Part shown: positions 53,230 to 63,825 of the stretch, one piece after another
How the letters are laid out: each line of letters begins with the position of its first letter
Position numbering within the stretch: the stretch's first letter is position 1
Source of the DNA: an uncultured cyanobacterium
Lineage (GTDB): Bacteria; Cyanobacteriota; Cyanobacteriia; Cyanobacteriales; CAWCAG01
Direction of reading: 5' to 3'
DNA length: 64,000 nt
Assembly: GCA_963793425.1 (NCBI GenBank)
Contig: CAWCAG010000009.1
Span: forward strand, 448,001-512,000
Program-made: the position numbers and the translations under genes
Notes under the pieces: model-generated
What the model was told of the DNA's origin: nothing
What the model saw: the letters and a program-made list of their open reading frames with translations, nothing else
Database searches by the model: none

Positions 53230-54345
53230 CTAACAAATGCTAGGTAAGCGAACAATAAACTCACTCCCTTTCCCTAGCTCTGATTCTACTTCAATAGTTC
53301 CTTTGTGGGTTTCAAGAATACGACGAGAAAGATGTAATCCTAAACCACTACCAGAAAGATTATGATTGCCTTGACGGAATCTCTGAAAAAGATTTTTCTG
53401 CTCTTCTAGGGAAATACCAGGTCCAGTATCTTGAACTTTCACAACTACCCAGTTAGTGCCATCCTCTGGCTCAGTTTGTGTTAGTAATTCAATTTTTACA
53501 GAACCGCTATCAGTAAACTTAATGCTATTACCAATTAAGTTTGTAAATACCCGACGTAACTCCAGATGATCTCCTTCTACAGGATTGTATTGTTGGTAAA
53601 TTTTATAGTCAAGTTCTAAACCTTTTTCTTCAGCTAAGGGGGCAAGTTCCGGAACAATCTCGGCAATCAACTTATCTAAATTTATCACCGAAAAATGCAA
53701 TTGCTTACGCCCAGCTTCATAGCGATAAACCTCCAGCATAGTATTAACCATTTCTAACAAATTGCGGTTACTACGGGCCATTACCGTAATTGCTTCTACC
53801 ATATTGGGGGGTAAATCCCCTAAAGCACCCTGTTGAAACAAAGACAGCATTCGATCCGCTGCTACCAAAGGAGTACGCATATCATGGGTAAGACGAGACA
53901 CAAAATCTTCTCGCTGACGAGCAATCTGATCTCTTTCATCTACACTATGCTTAAGTCGTAATAGCGATCGCACCCTAGCCAGTAATTCATCAACCTCTAC
54001 TGGTTTGCGGATAAAATCATCCGCGCCACTATCTAACCCTTTAACAGCACTAGGTTCATCATGGGCAGTAATCAGCAAAATGGGTATAAAAGGCAAGTTA
54101 CGATTTTCACGAATGCGCTTAGTAACCTCCAACCCATCCATTTCCGGCATCATCACATCTAGTAATACCAAATCTGGTGGGGATTGTTCCACTCGCACTA
54201 AACAATCTGCCCCATTAGTAGCCAAAGTTATGTCATACCCTTCTTCTTCCAAGATACTTTGCACTAAAAACAAGTTATCGGCAGAATCATCAACAACTAG
54301 AATACGGTAGGTTTTAGTAGACTGCTGAAAAAGAGAAGAGTCCAT
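53230..54345 (-). CDS. Hybrid response regulator / histidine kinase (REC-HisKA-HATPase)
   Basis: LVVDD...LLDVMMP...KP, THDMRTPL, NLIGNSIKF, DTGPG, GSGLGL. Confidence 0.94.
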   Translation of the reverse strand: MDSSLFQQSTKTYRILVVDDSADNLFLVQSILEEEGYDITLATNGADCLVRVEQSPPDLVLLDVMMPEMDGLEVTKRIRENRNLPFIPILLITAHDEPSAVKGLDSGADDFIRKPVEVDELLARVRSLLRLKHSVDERDQIARQREDFVSRLTHDMRTPLVAADRMLSLFQQGALGDLPPNMVEAITVMARSNRNLLEMVNTMLEVYRYEAGRKQLHFSVINLDKLIAEIVPELAPLAEEKGLELDYKIYQQYNPVEGDHLELRRVFTNLIGNSIKFTDSGSVKIELLTQTEPEDGTNWVVVKVQDTGPGISLEEQKNLFQRFRQGNHNLSGSGLGLHLSRRILETHKGTIEVESELGKGSEFIVRLPSIC

Positions 54346-54514
54346 ATAAACAGAAGTAATAAGTAATAAATAATAAGTAATAAGTTTTGAAGATACTATT
54401 GCTAGAATGCTTATTCCTTATCACCATTAGCCATTAGCAACTATCAAACAACAACTACCAACCTCTTTTCATCTACCTCAATTGTGAGATAATGTTTTTT
54501 GTGCAGGAAAATTT

Positions 54515-56263
54515 CTACTGCAACACTTCTTCCCATTGATGTTGCTGCCACAGAGAACGATATAAACCAGGAAGATTAAGAAGTTCTTCATGGCTGCCAG
54601 TTTGGACAATTTCCCCAGCATCCATAACTAAAATACGATTAGCGATCGCCGCCGCAGAAAGTTGATGAGAAATAAAGATAACTGTTTTATTTTCCACCCC
54701 TCCGGAAAGGTTGCGTAAAATTTGGGTAGCGGTTTGATTATCAACGCTAGAAAGAGCATCATCAAGAATCAAAACTGGTGCATCCACCAACAATGCCCTC
54801 GCCAAAGAAGTTCTTTGTCTTTGTCCCCCTGAAAGAGTAATTCCCCTTTCTCCTACCAAAGTTTCGTACTGCTTGGGAAAACTAAGAATTTCTGGGTGAA
54901 TTTGAGCTTGCTTAGCAGCGTATTCTACTTCTAACAACTCTTGGGCTGGATCACCGTAACGAATATTATTTTTAATTTTAGTACTGAATAAAAAGCTTTC
55001 TTGGGGAACATAGGCGATCGCCGCCCGCAAATCTGCTAATTGCAGATTGGCTATATCGTAACCATCAAGAAAAAGCTGTTCGTTATCAATATCCAATAAG
55101 CGAGGTAGGGCATTAGCTAAAGTGGATTTTCCTGAACCAATGGGACCAACAATTGCCACCGTTTCCCCTGGTTGGATCACAAAACTAACCTCTTTTAAAG
55201 CAGGCTGCTTTGCCCCTGGATAGGTGTAACTAAGTCCATCAGCCTTAATTTGGCCTTTGACTTCTTCTAAAGGCAGAGAAAGCGCACCAGGAGCATCTTT
55301 TACCTGGGGTTGTACCCGTAAAATTTCTTCTACCCGCTCAATACTAACTTCCCCCCGTTGGTAAGCCGTAATTGTAAAACCAAGTAAAGCTGTGGGGAAA
55401 GCAAGACGTTCCACATAAATTAGTAAAGCAATAAAATCCCCTACCGTAATATCTCCCCTAGCGATCGCCCCTGAACCCAACCAAAGAATGATTAAAAGAC
55501 TAAACAAAGCCAGCCCTTCAACCACAGGAAACAACAAATTTCTCGTCCTTGCTAACCTTAAATTTGCTGCTAGTAACCGCTGATTTTTCTCCTGAAAACC
55601 TTGACGTTCGTTTTTTTCTTGAGCATAAATCTTAATTAAAGAAATACCGCTCATATCTTCTTGAATCAGTTCACTCAAATCAGAAAGCCTTTCTTGTACC
55701 TTTCTTTGCTGCTTCCCTAAAGTTTTACTAAATATTTGCACAATAGTTAGCATTAAAGGATAAATAGCAACAGCCATAAGAGTTAACCTCACATGGATAG
55801 ATAACATCACTGGCAAGGTTAAAGTATAGGCAAAAAAAGTATTTGCCAAACTCAAAATCGCAAAACCCAACAACCGACGAACATTATCCACATCACTAGT
55901 TGCCCGGTTAATCAAATCTCCAGAAGTATTGGTAGCAAAATAAGCTGGTTCAAGTTGTAAAAGATGCTGAAAAATCTTCTGTTTGAGGTCAAATTCCACC
56001 TGTCGCCCAATACCAAATAAAGTCATGCGAGAAAACATACGCATCACCAACATAATCGAGGCTAGTAACAGAATAAGTAGAGAATAGCGCCAAAGCTGCT
56101 CCATACCAAAATCAGTTTGAAGCTTGTCAATACTATCCTTGATTAACAGAGGGATGTAAATTCCTATACCATTAACAACTAAAAGAGCGATGATACCTAA
56201 AATAACCTGTCGCCAATAGGGGCGCAGGTAATTGCCTAATTTCTGTAGCTGTGAGTTACCCAT
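54515..56263 (-). CDS. ABC exporter, fused permease/ATPase (MdlA-like)
   Basis: TM domain plus GPIGSGKS, LSGGQRQR, ILDDALSSVD. Confidence 0.93.
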   Translation of the reverse strand: MGNSQLQKLGNYLRPYWRQVILGIIALLVVNGIGIYIPLLIKDSIDKLQTDFGMEQLWRYSLLILLLASIMLVMRMFSRMTLFGIGRQVEFDLKQKIFQHLLQLEPAYFATNTSGDLINRATSDVDNVRRLLGFAILSLANTFFAYTLTLPVMLSIHVRLTLMAVAIYPLMLTIVQIFSKTLGKQQRKVQERLSDLSELIQEDMSGISLIKIYAQEKNERQGFQEKNQRLLAANLRLARTRNLLFPVVEGLALFSLLIILWLGSGAIARGDITVGDFIALLIYVERLAFPTALLGFTITAYQRGEVSIERVEEILRVQPQVKDAPGALSLPLEEVKGQIKADGLSYTYPGAKQPALKEVSFVIQPGETVAIVGPIGSGKSTLANALPRLLDIDNEQLFLDGYDIANLQLADLRAAIAYVPQESFLFSTKIKNNIRYGDPAQELLEVEYAAKQAQIHPEILSFPKQYETLVGERGITLSGGQRQRTSLARALLVDAPVLILDDALSSVDNQTATQILRNLSGGVENKTVIFISHQLSAAAIANRILVMDAGEIVQTGSHEELLNLPGLYRSLWQQHQWEEVLQ

Positions 56264-56553
56264 GCTACAAATTTAACAAGTTTTATATTCTTCGTGGGGA
56301 AAAGAGGGCTTGAGCTTATCTAAACAGCAAAACAAAAAATTTGTCAATATGCCTTAAGTCTTTTATTTTCTTTTTTAAGCTTATATTTGATAGTAATTCC
56401 TTTTGTCTTCCAGTCCATATTTTTCCTACAGACATAGTTTTCTCTCTCTAATATCCTCGGCACTTAAAGTTTAGGAAAAGCTACGGAAACAAAGCGCCTC
56501 GAACCGAAAAGAGAAACTACAATAGCAACTAAGCAAAGCTTTTAAGCGAGACT

Positions 56554-57060
56554 ATGAAAAGAAAATATTTTGGGTTCACAGTTGCAGTAAGCCTATTAGC
56601 TATAACCACGCGGAAAGAAATCTATATCGAAAGTCAGACTTGGAAATTCCCCATCTAGATATGGCGGATATACCTCCCCTTGCGCCTTTTACTAATCTAA
56701 CTTCTTTAACTTTAGCTGGGAATGGTATCACTGACCTAAGCCCTCTATCAAACTTAAAGTCTTTAACTAAACTCAATCTTAATTCTAATAGCATAAAGGA
56801 CTCAACACCCTTAGCCAATTTAACTAATCTAACTGAACTCAATCTGTCGCAGAATCATCTTCAAGACTTAACTCCTTTATCTGGCTTAACCAATTTAACC
56901 GAGCTTGATATCTTTGGAAACAAAATTAAGGATTTAACTCCGTTATCTTCTTTAACTAATTTGCTTTCTCTATTTGCAGACTCTAATCAAATCAGAGACG
57001 TTACACCTCTTGCCTCTCTCAATAAACTGGATACTCTAATGTTGAGCCACAATCAAATCA
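56554..57060 (+). pseudogene. Internalin-like leucine-rich-repeat protein remnant
   Basis: ATG 56554 gives a signal-peptide-like MKRKYFGFTVAVSLLAITT, out of frame with about six 22-aa LRRs (PL..LTNLTEL.L..N.I.DL) that stop at LSHNQI. Confidence 0.75.
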
Positions 57061-57430
57061 TAGTTACACCCTCAAGATTATTAATATGCATCACCTCTGG
57101 AAGCACAAAAGGCAAAGGAGCAAGATCGTTAAAGGTGGTTTCTCCTAAAGCCGTGCTTTCCGGCCCCTCTTCATTAAAAGGAGTTGTTTGGGTCATTGAG
57201 AAACTGGGAGATACCGAGAGGCTGAAGCGTTCAATTAAGAATTCATCCTCATTGGATAATGCTGATACAGGCATAGTTTGTAACTCTTGGTCTAGCACTA
57301 AATGGAGATGATCTCCAAGACGTTCAGCATTTGCCCGACTGATCTCCATTTCCTCTAAAGTTTGTCCAACCTTCTGGGGCTGAGGTGCAGGTGCATAACT
57401 TAGTTGCGGGAAACTTGAACCTTGAGAAAG
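57053..57430 (-). pseudogene. CHAT (caspase-like) domain protein internal fragment
   Basis: HLHLVLDQELQTMPVSAL...FLIERFSLSVSPS...ALG...F..LAPLPFV..EV; no start and no catalytic C-terminal half. Confidence 0.65.
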
Positions 57431-57770
57431 CAATCATAGGGGCAAGATGTTCTCGCCACAATACATAGGAACGTCGTATCTCACCATTCAATAAAGGAGG
57501 TACTCCCGGTACATAAAACCAATCCGGTGCTTCTGCCCCTTTCTCAGGAGGTTCTGTTTGTCGCCAATAAATGCCACAATCTTGAGCTATGGTATATTCT
57601 CCATCAGGATGAATCCTTTGTAAAACTGGCCCAACCGAATCAGTGAGAAGAATGCTTTGGGGATGCTCCTGGAAATTTTTCACAAAGTTATCATCAGAAT
57701 CTGGTAGCTGAGTATGGTCAGGGAAAGGGGGTGGCAGTATTGTTGGTTCCAAACTTTGAGTCATAACCAT
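57430..57770 (-). pseudogene. Uma2 family, N-terminal half only
   Basis: FPDHTQLPDSDDNFVKNFQEHPQS...APDWFYVP...RRSYVLWRE..APMIA, then unrelated sequence. Confidence 0.82.
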
Positions 57771-57829
57771 TGAAGAGAACGAGTTACTCTCATTTTACTC
57801 CCTTACCCCTTAACCTTTACCCATCAACC

Positions 57830-58876
57830 CTACAACTGAACAGGATTTAGCCAACCTCGTAGGAAGTAGAATAAAGAACTAAGATACTCTTCTACTACTC
57901 GCGTTGTGGTTACTAAAGCCTCCGCAGAGGGCAGAAAATCCCTTAGTCTAATTCGTCTTTGAGGAGTTTGTTCGCCGCTTTCAAAAGTGTAAAAATCTGT
58001 AGGACGAGGCAAAACATTCAAGCCTTCTCGTTCAAAGGTTAACTGGGCGCGGCGAATATTAATTCCCGATGATACTAAAATAATGGGCTGACTAACTAAT
58101 CCTCGCTTGCTGAGAATATCCTTAACTGACAAAGCGCTACTACGTAAATTTCCTCCTCCATTATCCGGCACAATTTGACTAGCCGGGACACCATATTTTT
58201 GCAGCAAAATAGAAATGTCTCTCGCTTCATCTACCGTTTGTTCGTCTCCTTTTAAATTACTCCTAGGACCAGCACTAACAATAACAATAGGAGTACTACC
58301 CAAACTACGCTGCTGCCCGTATAAGTCTGCTGTATAGAGAATGCGATCCCCACTTTCAGTAAGCTGAATTTGGGTACGATAAGGAAGATTGGCTTGAGTT
58401 GTACCTTCTCCTAAAAGGACGATAGCCTCAGCTCTCTGTTGCCCAAACGGAGTTACACTACCCCTGGGACCTAAAGCCTCCTGCGTTCTTTGCTCTACTG
58501 TTATGGCATCTCTTTCTGCTAGTTGAGCCATTTGATAGGCAAAGACAGGCAAGCTCGACAAAAGTAAGACAATGAATGCAGCCCAGATAAAATAAGGTTT
58601 AGGAGCTTTAATATCCGCTCCAAATTTAATAGGTGCTAACCCTAAAATCAGCAACAAAAGAGTTAAACCGATTGGTTTTAGAGGAATAGAAAGTATTGTC
58701 CAAGCCGTAGAAATGAAACCATCTTGAGGATTTAAAAAAGCGAGGAAAATTAGCGCAATAAAAGCCAAGCCCCCAAAAATAGTCAGAAACTTATTGGGAA
58801 TTAGCTTAATCAGTAAATAGTAGATAGCAAAGCCAACTAGCAGCCAAAGAAAAACCCGTGTTAGAAGTAGGAACAT
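57830..58876 (-). CDS. YdcF/DUF218 family membrane protein
   Basis: TM helices, then AIVLLG...GDRI...LVSS..NIRRA..TF...P.PTDF...LPS.EAL. Confidence 0.85.
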   Translation of the reverse strand: MFLLLTRVFLWLLVGFAIYYLLIKLIPNKFLTIFGGLAFIALIFLAFLNPQDGFISTAWTILSIPLKPIGLTLLLLILGLAPIKFGADIKAPKPYFIWAAFIVLLLSSLPVFAYQMAQLAERDAITVEQRTQEALGPRGSVTPFGQQRAEAIVLLGEGTTQANLPYRTQIQLTESGDRILYTADLYGQQRSLGSTPIVIVSAGPRSNLKGDEQTVDEARDISILLQKYGVPASQIVPDNGGGNLRSSALSVKDILSKRGLVSQPIILVSSGINIRRAQLTFEREGLNVLPRPTDFYTFESGEQTPQRRIRLRDFLPSAEALVTTTRVVEEYLSSLFYFLRGWLNPVQL

Positions 58877-58924
58877 AATTTATCAGTTAATCACCTGTGA
58901 TTGTGGTTAGGGGAATAACCCCAA

Positions 58925-60406
58925 TTAAAGCTTGCCCTGAATTGCCTTAATGACAGTGGAAATTGTCTCCACACGAGCATAATACTTGTCATCTGCTGGC
59001 ACAACCGTCCAAGGGGCATGGGGAGTATCTGTAGCCTCGATTGCTTGATTAATTGCTCCCTCATAAAGATGCCATTTTTCTCGATTGCGCCAATCTTCCT
59101 CAGTTAGCTTATATTGCTTGAGGGGATCTTGGCGACGTTGTTCAAATCTTTTAAGCTGTTCTTGGGAACTAAGATGTAACCAGAATTTAACTAGTACATA
59201 GCCACGACTGGTTAATTGCTGTTCAAATTGATTAATTTCTTCGTATGCCCTACTCCATTGAGCAACATTAGCTAAACCTTCTACTCTCTCCACTAAAACC
59301 CTACCGTACCAACTGCGGTCAAAAATACCAATAGTTCCCGCCGGAGGCAAGCGCCGCCAGAAACGCCAGAGGTAATGATACTGTTTTTCTTCATCGGTGG
59401 GGGCCGCAAAAGTACTAACTTGATAATTACGGGGGTCTAAAATAGCACTCAAACGCTTAATTGCCCCTCCTTTCCCTGATGCGTCCCAACCTTCAAAAAG
59501 AACTAAGACAGGAATTTTGGCTTGATGAATACTGCGTTGCAGCGATCGCAATTCAATTTGGGCTTTACGTAGCTGTTCTTGATAGCTTTCTTTAGTAAGC
59601 TTTTTGCTTAAATCGACTTGTTCGAGCCGATTATATTTAGTTTTACCTTTCAAAATTAAGGTGGGAGTAGAAGACATCCCCGGAAATAAGCTTGATTTCT
59701 CTTCTAAAGCTTTTTTGAGGATAGTTACTAATTGAGAAAGAACTTTTACCTTAGCCCAACGGTTACAATCACTAGCAATTGGGTTCCAAGGAGCAAACTT
59801 AGTGTTAGTTTTGAGAAGCATTTCCTCAGCTAAATCAAAATACTCTTGATAGCGTTTAGCTTGTTGCCAATCTTCTGGACGCACTCTCCAAGAGTTTAAT
59901 TCATTTGCCGCATATTTTTTTAATCTCTTTTTTAATTCTTTATGACTTAAGTGCAAGCAAAACTTAGCGATCGCAACACCATCAGCAGCTAAATTCTTTT
60001 CAAAAGCATTAATTTGAGCAAAAACCTCAGCTGCTCTAGCCTCCGGCAACTTCCCCAACAAGCGATCTTCCCAAACGTGGGAATACCAACTATGGTAAAA
60101 AAAGCCAATTTTTCCTTGGGGAGGAATCTTGCCCCAAAAACGCCAGAGAAAAGGATATTGTTGCTCCTGCGGAGTAGGAGGCAAAATAGGATGTACCTCG
60201 AAACCACGGGCATCCATATAGTTGACTATTTTTTTAACTAAAGACCCCTTACCTGCGGCCGTCCAACCTTCCAAAACCACAATCACAGGTAACTTTTTTT
60301 CCCAACAAGCCATTTGCAGCATTCTCAACTGGCGCATCAAGTCATTTATTTGCGACTTATAGGAGTCTTGATCAAGGCTAAGGGTCAAATCAAGGTTATC
60401 TAACAT
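58925..60406 (-). CDS. pap: Polyphosphate:AMP phosphotransferase (two-domain PPK2)
   Basis: Two PPK2 domains, EGWTAAGKG and FEGWDASGKGG...FDRSWYGRVLVERVEG. Confidence 0.9.
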   Translation of the reverse strand: MLDNLDLTLSLDQDSYKSQINDLMRQLRMLQMACWEKKLPVIVVLEGWTAAGKGSLVKKIVNYMDARGFEVHPILPPTPQEQQYPFLWRFWGKIPPQGKIGFFYHSWYSHVWEDRLLGKLPEARAAEVFAQINAFEKNLAADGVAIAKFCLHLSHKELKKRLKKYAANELNSWRVRPEDWQQAKRYQEYFDLAEEMLLKTNTKFAPWNPIASDCNRWAKVKVLSQLVTILKKALEEKSSLFPGMSSTPTLILKGKTKYNRLEQVDLSKKLTKESYQEQLRKAQIELRSLQRSIHQAKIPVLVLFEGWDASGKGGAIKRLSAILDPRNYQVSTFAAPTDEEKQYHYLWRFWRRLPPAGTIGIFDRSWYGRVLVERVEGLANVAQWSRAYEEINQFEQQLTSRGYVLVKFWLHLSSQEQLKRFEQRRQDPLKQYKLTEEDWRNREKWHLYEGAINQAIEATDTPHAPWTVVPADDKYYARVETISTVIKAIQGKL

Positions 60407-60712
60407 TCACTTAAACTAATCAACTAAATAAAAAATACCGGAGAATTAACACAAAACACTGAAGTAGCAAAATAATGAAAGGAACTCATCATCAAGGAGG
60501 AAAGGCTGAAATATCAAACTTTTTGCTTTCTAGTGAAGTATATCTCAACAGTGCGGCTTCCCTTACTCAGAGGCTGTATATACAATGTTTTCTCTAAGGT
60601 TGAGAGACATTTTGTGAGCCAAATCACCAAATATAGTAAAGCAAAAGCATACTAAGATTTACTGAGTCACTCCCCCCAATTGAAAGCGCCAAAAACTGAG
60701 AGAGGAAAGTAA

Positions 60713-61711
60713 GTGTCGCAAAGTAAACCCACCATTCTTGTAACTGGCGGTGCTGGATACATTGGTTCTCATGCCGTACTAGCATTGCTGAATAATGGCT
60801 ACAGAGTTGTTGTACTAGATAACCTATCCTATGGACATCGAGAACTAGTAGAAGAAGTTTTGCAAGTCGAATTAATAGTTGGAGATACAAGCGATCGCCT
60901 GCTTTTAGACCAGCTATTTGCTGATTATGAAATTACGGCAGTTATGCACTTTGCCGCTTATATAGCTGTAGGAGAATCTGTTCAAGATCCAGGCAAATAC
61001 TACCGTAATAATGTTAGTGGCACTTTAACTCTTCTTGAGGCAATGGTAGCAGCCCAAATAAAGAAGTTTGTTTTTTCTTCTACTTGCGCCATCTATGGAA
61101 TGCCTAAAAGCATACCCATGACAGAAGCCCATCCTCAAAATCCTCTCAGCCCCTATGCTACTAGTAAATGGATGATTGAGAGAATTTTGGCAGATTTTGC
61201 TCAAGCTTATGGCTTAAAATCTGTGGCTTTTCGCTATTTTAATGCTTCTGGCGCTCATCCTGATGGTTTGCTGGGTGAGGATCATCATCCTGAAACTCAC
61301 TTAATTCCCTTAGCCTTATTAACAGCTTTGGGTAAAAGAGAATCTCTAGCTATTTTTGGTACAGATTATGACACCAAAGATGGTACAGCCATGCGAGATT
61401 ATATCCACGTCTGTGACTTAGCTGAGGCCCATGTTTTAGGACTCAATTATCTCCTCCAAGGGGGTGAGAGTGAAGTTTTCAATCTTGGTAATGGCAATGG
61501 CTTTTCTGTTAAAGAAGTTATTGAAACCGCAAGACAAGTTACGGGAAAAGAAATTATCGCTCACCATAGCGATCGCCGCCCAGGAGATGCCCCAATTTTA
61601 ATTGGCAGCAGCGAGAAAATCCAAAAAGTCCTTGGTTGGCAGCCCCAATATCCAGATTTGCCCACCATTGTCGCCCATGCCTGGAAATGGCATCAAAAAC
61701 GTCATGGTTAG
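60713..61711 (+). CDS. galE: UDP-glucose 4-epimerase
   Basis: TGGAGYIGSH, YYRNNV, PYATSK, RYFNASGA, RDYIHV. Confidence 0.95.
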   Translation: MSQSKPTILVTGGAGYIGSHAVLALLNNGYRVVVLDNLSYGHRELVEEVLQVELIVGDTSDRLLLDQLFADYEITAVMHFAAYIAVGESVQDPGKYYRNNVSGTLTLLEAMVAAQIKKFVFSSTCAIYGMPKSIPMTEAHPQNPLSPYATSKWMIERILADFAQAYGLKSVAFRYFNASGAHPDGLLGEDHHPETHLIPLALLTALGKRESLAIFGTDYDTKDGTAMRDYIHVCDLAEAHVLGLNYLLQGGESEVFNLGNGNGFSVKEVIETARQVTGKEIIAHHSDRRPGDAPILIGSSEKIQKVLGWQPQYPDLPTIVAHAWKWHQKRHG

Positions 61712-61763
61712 GAGTTAGTCAATGCCACTTGCTCACCAAAAACTAATAACCAACATCTGAAGA

Positions 61764-62066
61764 ATGACTAGTGACCAATTTCAGCGCTTAGAGTCAGTGA
61801 TAGAACAAATAGGAGAAACGGTACTAGCAACTACCCAAACCGTGGAAAATCTGGCTAAGAGGGTAGATGCCCTAGCTGTACAGGTACAACATCAAGGACA
61901 TCAAGTTCAACAGCAAGGCTACCAAATTTTTGCTTTAAGCGATGCCGTACAAGCCCTAGCTGAAACCCACAATAAATCTGAAGTACAACTTAACCAATTA
62001 ACCGAAACCTTACAGCGCTTTACCCAGGCCATTGAAATGGCTAATGAGCAACAAAAAGTGCGATAA
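61764..62066 (+). CDS. Hypothetical coiled-coil protein
   Basis: 100-aa Gln-rich heptad pattern with QVQQQGYQIFAL. Confidence 0.7.
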   Translation: MTSDQFQRLESVIEQIGETVLATTQTVENLAKRVDALAVQVQHQGHQVQQQGYQIFALSDAVQALAETHNKSEVQLNQLTETLQRFTQAIEMANEQQKVR

Positions 62067-62085
62067 ATCTAATATATAAACATCC

Positions 62086-62541
62086 TTGAGAGAAGATTTA
62101 ATGCCTCATTTTCGCTCCTTTTCTAAGCTAGTCTTGCTTAGTACTCTCCTTGCCTTTGTTAGTGTTAGTTGTGCCAGTAACAAAGTACAACAGTGTCGGA
62201 AAATTATTGAGATTACCGTAGGGGTATCAGACCAAATTGAAGAACTTTCCGATAATGGTAAAACCCAAGACCCCCAAGAAGCCCGTGAAGCAGCTAATGC
62301 GATGGAGAAAGCGGCTCAAGAAATCGAAGGCTTAGTAATTCAAGACGAACAGCTTCAAGAATATCAAGCTGGCTTTGTCAAAACTTATCGCGGTTTTAGC
62401 CAGTCTACTTACGATTTTATTGCTGAGTTAGAAAAGAAGAATTTACAAGCAGCAAAATCAGTACAGAAAAAATTGCAAGAGGTTGGTAGCACTGAAGAGG
62501 AACTTGTCAACGGTATTAACAACTATTGCCAGTCAGAATAA
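62086..62541 (+). CDS. Hypothetical helical lipoprotein
   Basis: Lipobox-like SVSC, K..QC...INNYC. Start probably ATG 62101. Confidence 0.72.
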   Translation: MREDLMPHFRSFSKLVLLSTLLAFVSVSCASNKVQQCRKIIEITVGVSDQIEELSDNGKTQDPQEAREAANAMEKAAQEIEGLVIQDEQLQEYQAGFVKTYRGFSQSTYDFIAELEKKNLQAAKSVQKKLQEVGSTEEELVNGINNYCQSE

Positions 62542-62595
62542 GAAGCTCTCTTTTCCCTACTTCCTACTTCCTGCTCCCCGCTCCCCATATACTCT

Positions 62596-63723
62596 ATGAA
62601 ATATGCTTTAATTCACGAGTGGTTAACCCCAAAAGCAACTGGTGGTTCAGAGCTTGTGGTGCAAGAAATTCTCCAACATATTGAAGCTGACCTTTATGCC
62701 CTCATTGACTTTGAATCGGTTAATCCCCAAAGCTATTTATACAGAAGGGAAATTGGTACAACTTTCTTGCAAAACTTACCTTTGGCCCGTAACGGAATAC
62801 AAAAATACTTACCCTTACTACCTTTGGCAATTGAACAGTTAGATGTACGAAATTATGATGTCATTCTTTCCTCTTCCCATGCCGTAGCTAAAGGAGTGCT
62901 GACAACTCCTCAACAGCTACATATCTGTTATTGCCACACTCCCATGCGCTACGCCTGGGATTTGACCTTCGATTACCTAAAAAATAGCCGTTTAGGGGGA
63001 GGTTTACCAGGTATTTTTAGTCGTTATCTGCTTCATCAGATACGCCAATGGGACGTTATTTCAGCTAACAGAGTAGACTATTTTATTGCTAACTCTCAAC
63101 ATACAGCGAACCGTATTTGGCGCTGCTATCGGCGCAAAGCAGAAGTTATTTACCCACCAGTACAAACTAAGAGATTTCCTTTTCAGACTCAAAAGGAAGA
63201 TTTTTTTGTGACTGTTTCTCGCTTAGTTAGTTATAAACAAGTATCTTTAATTGTTGAAGCTTTTAATCAATTAGGATTACCCCTAGTGGTTATTGGTGAC
63301 GGACCAGAGTTAGAGAAAATTACTAAACTAGCAAAACCTAACATTAAAATTATGGGTTCTCAGCCAAATGAAGTAGTAGAGGAATACCTAGCCAAGGCAA
63401 AAGCCTTTGTTTACGCTGCTTGCGAAGACTTTGGTATCGCCTTAGTAGAAGCACAAGCTTGCGGTACACCAGTGATTGCTTATGGCGTTGGTGGCGCAGC
63501 AGAGACAGTTCGTGATATCAGGACTGATCCTCAACAAGGGACAGGTATATTATTCTCTGAACAAACCTCAGAAGCCCTCATAAAAGCTGTGGGAACTTTT
63601 CAAGAACTTCAGGGAACATTTAACCCAGAAGCCTGTAGAATTCAGGCTAACAAGTTTGAACCACAAGTTTTTGTCAAGAGCTATTTGAGCTTTATCGAAA
63701 GCTGCGTTCATAAATTAAAATAG
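62596..63723 (+). CDS. Glycosyltransferase family 4
   Basis: ALIHEWL...GGSE, YCHTPMRYAWD, EDFGIALVEAQACGTPVIA. Confidence 0.93.
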   Translation: MKYALIHEWLTPKATGGSELVVQEILQHIEADLYALIDFESVNPQSYLYRREIGTTFLQNLPLARNGIQKYLPLLPLAIEQLDVRNYDVILSSSHAVAKGVLTTPQQLHICYCHTPMRYAWDLTFDYLKNSRLGGGLPGIFSRYLLHQIRQWDVISANRVDYFIANSQHTANRIWRCYRRKAEVIYPPVQTKRFPFQTQKEDFFVTVSRLVSYKQVSLIVEAFNQLGLPLVVIGDGPELEKITKLAKPNIKIMGSQPNEVVEEYLAKAKAFVYAACEDFGIALVEAQACGTPVIAYGVGGAAETVRDIRTDPQQGTGILFSEQTSEALIKAVGTFQELQGTFNPEACRIQANKFEPQVFVKSYLSFIESCVHKLK

Positions 63724-63825
63724 GTAACTTGGTTCTAAATACTGATCTCTTGTAACTAGATTTGCCTTAATTAAGGTCTTCTGGCTTTATGATCAAGGCT
63801 GTGTGGTGTGATGTGAAGGAGTAAG

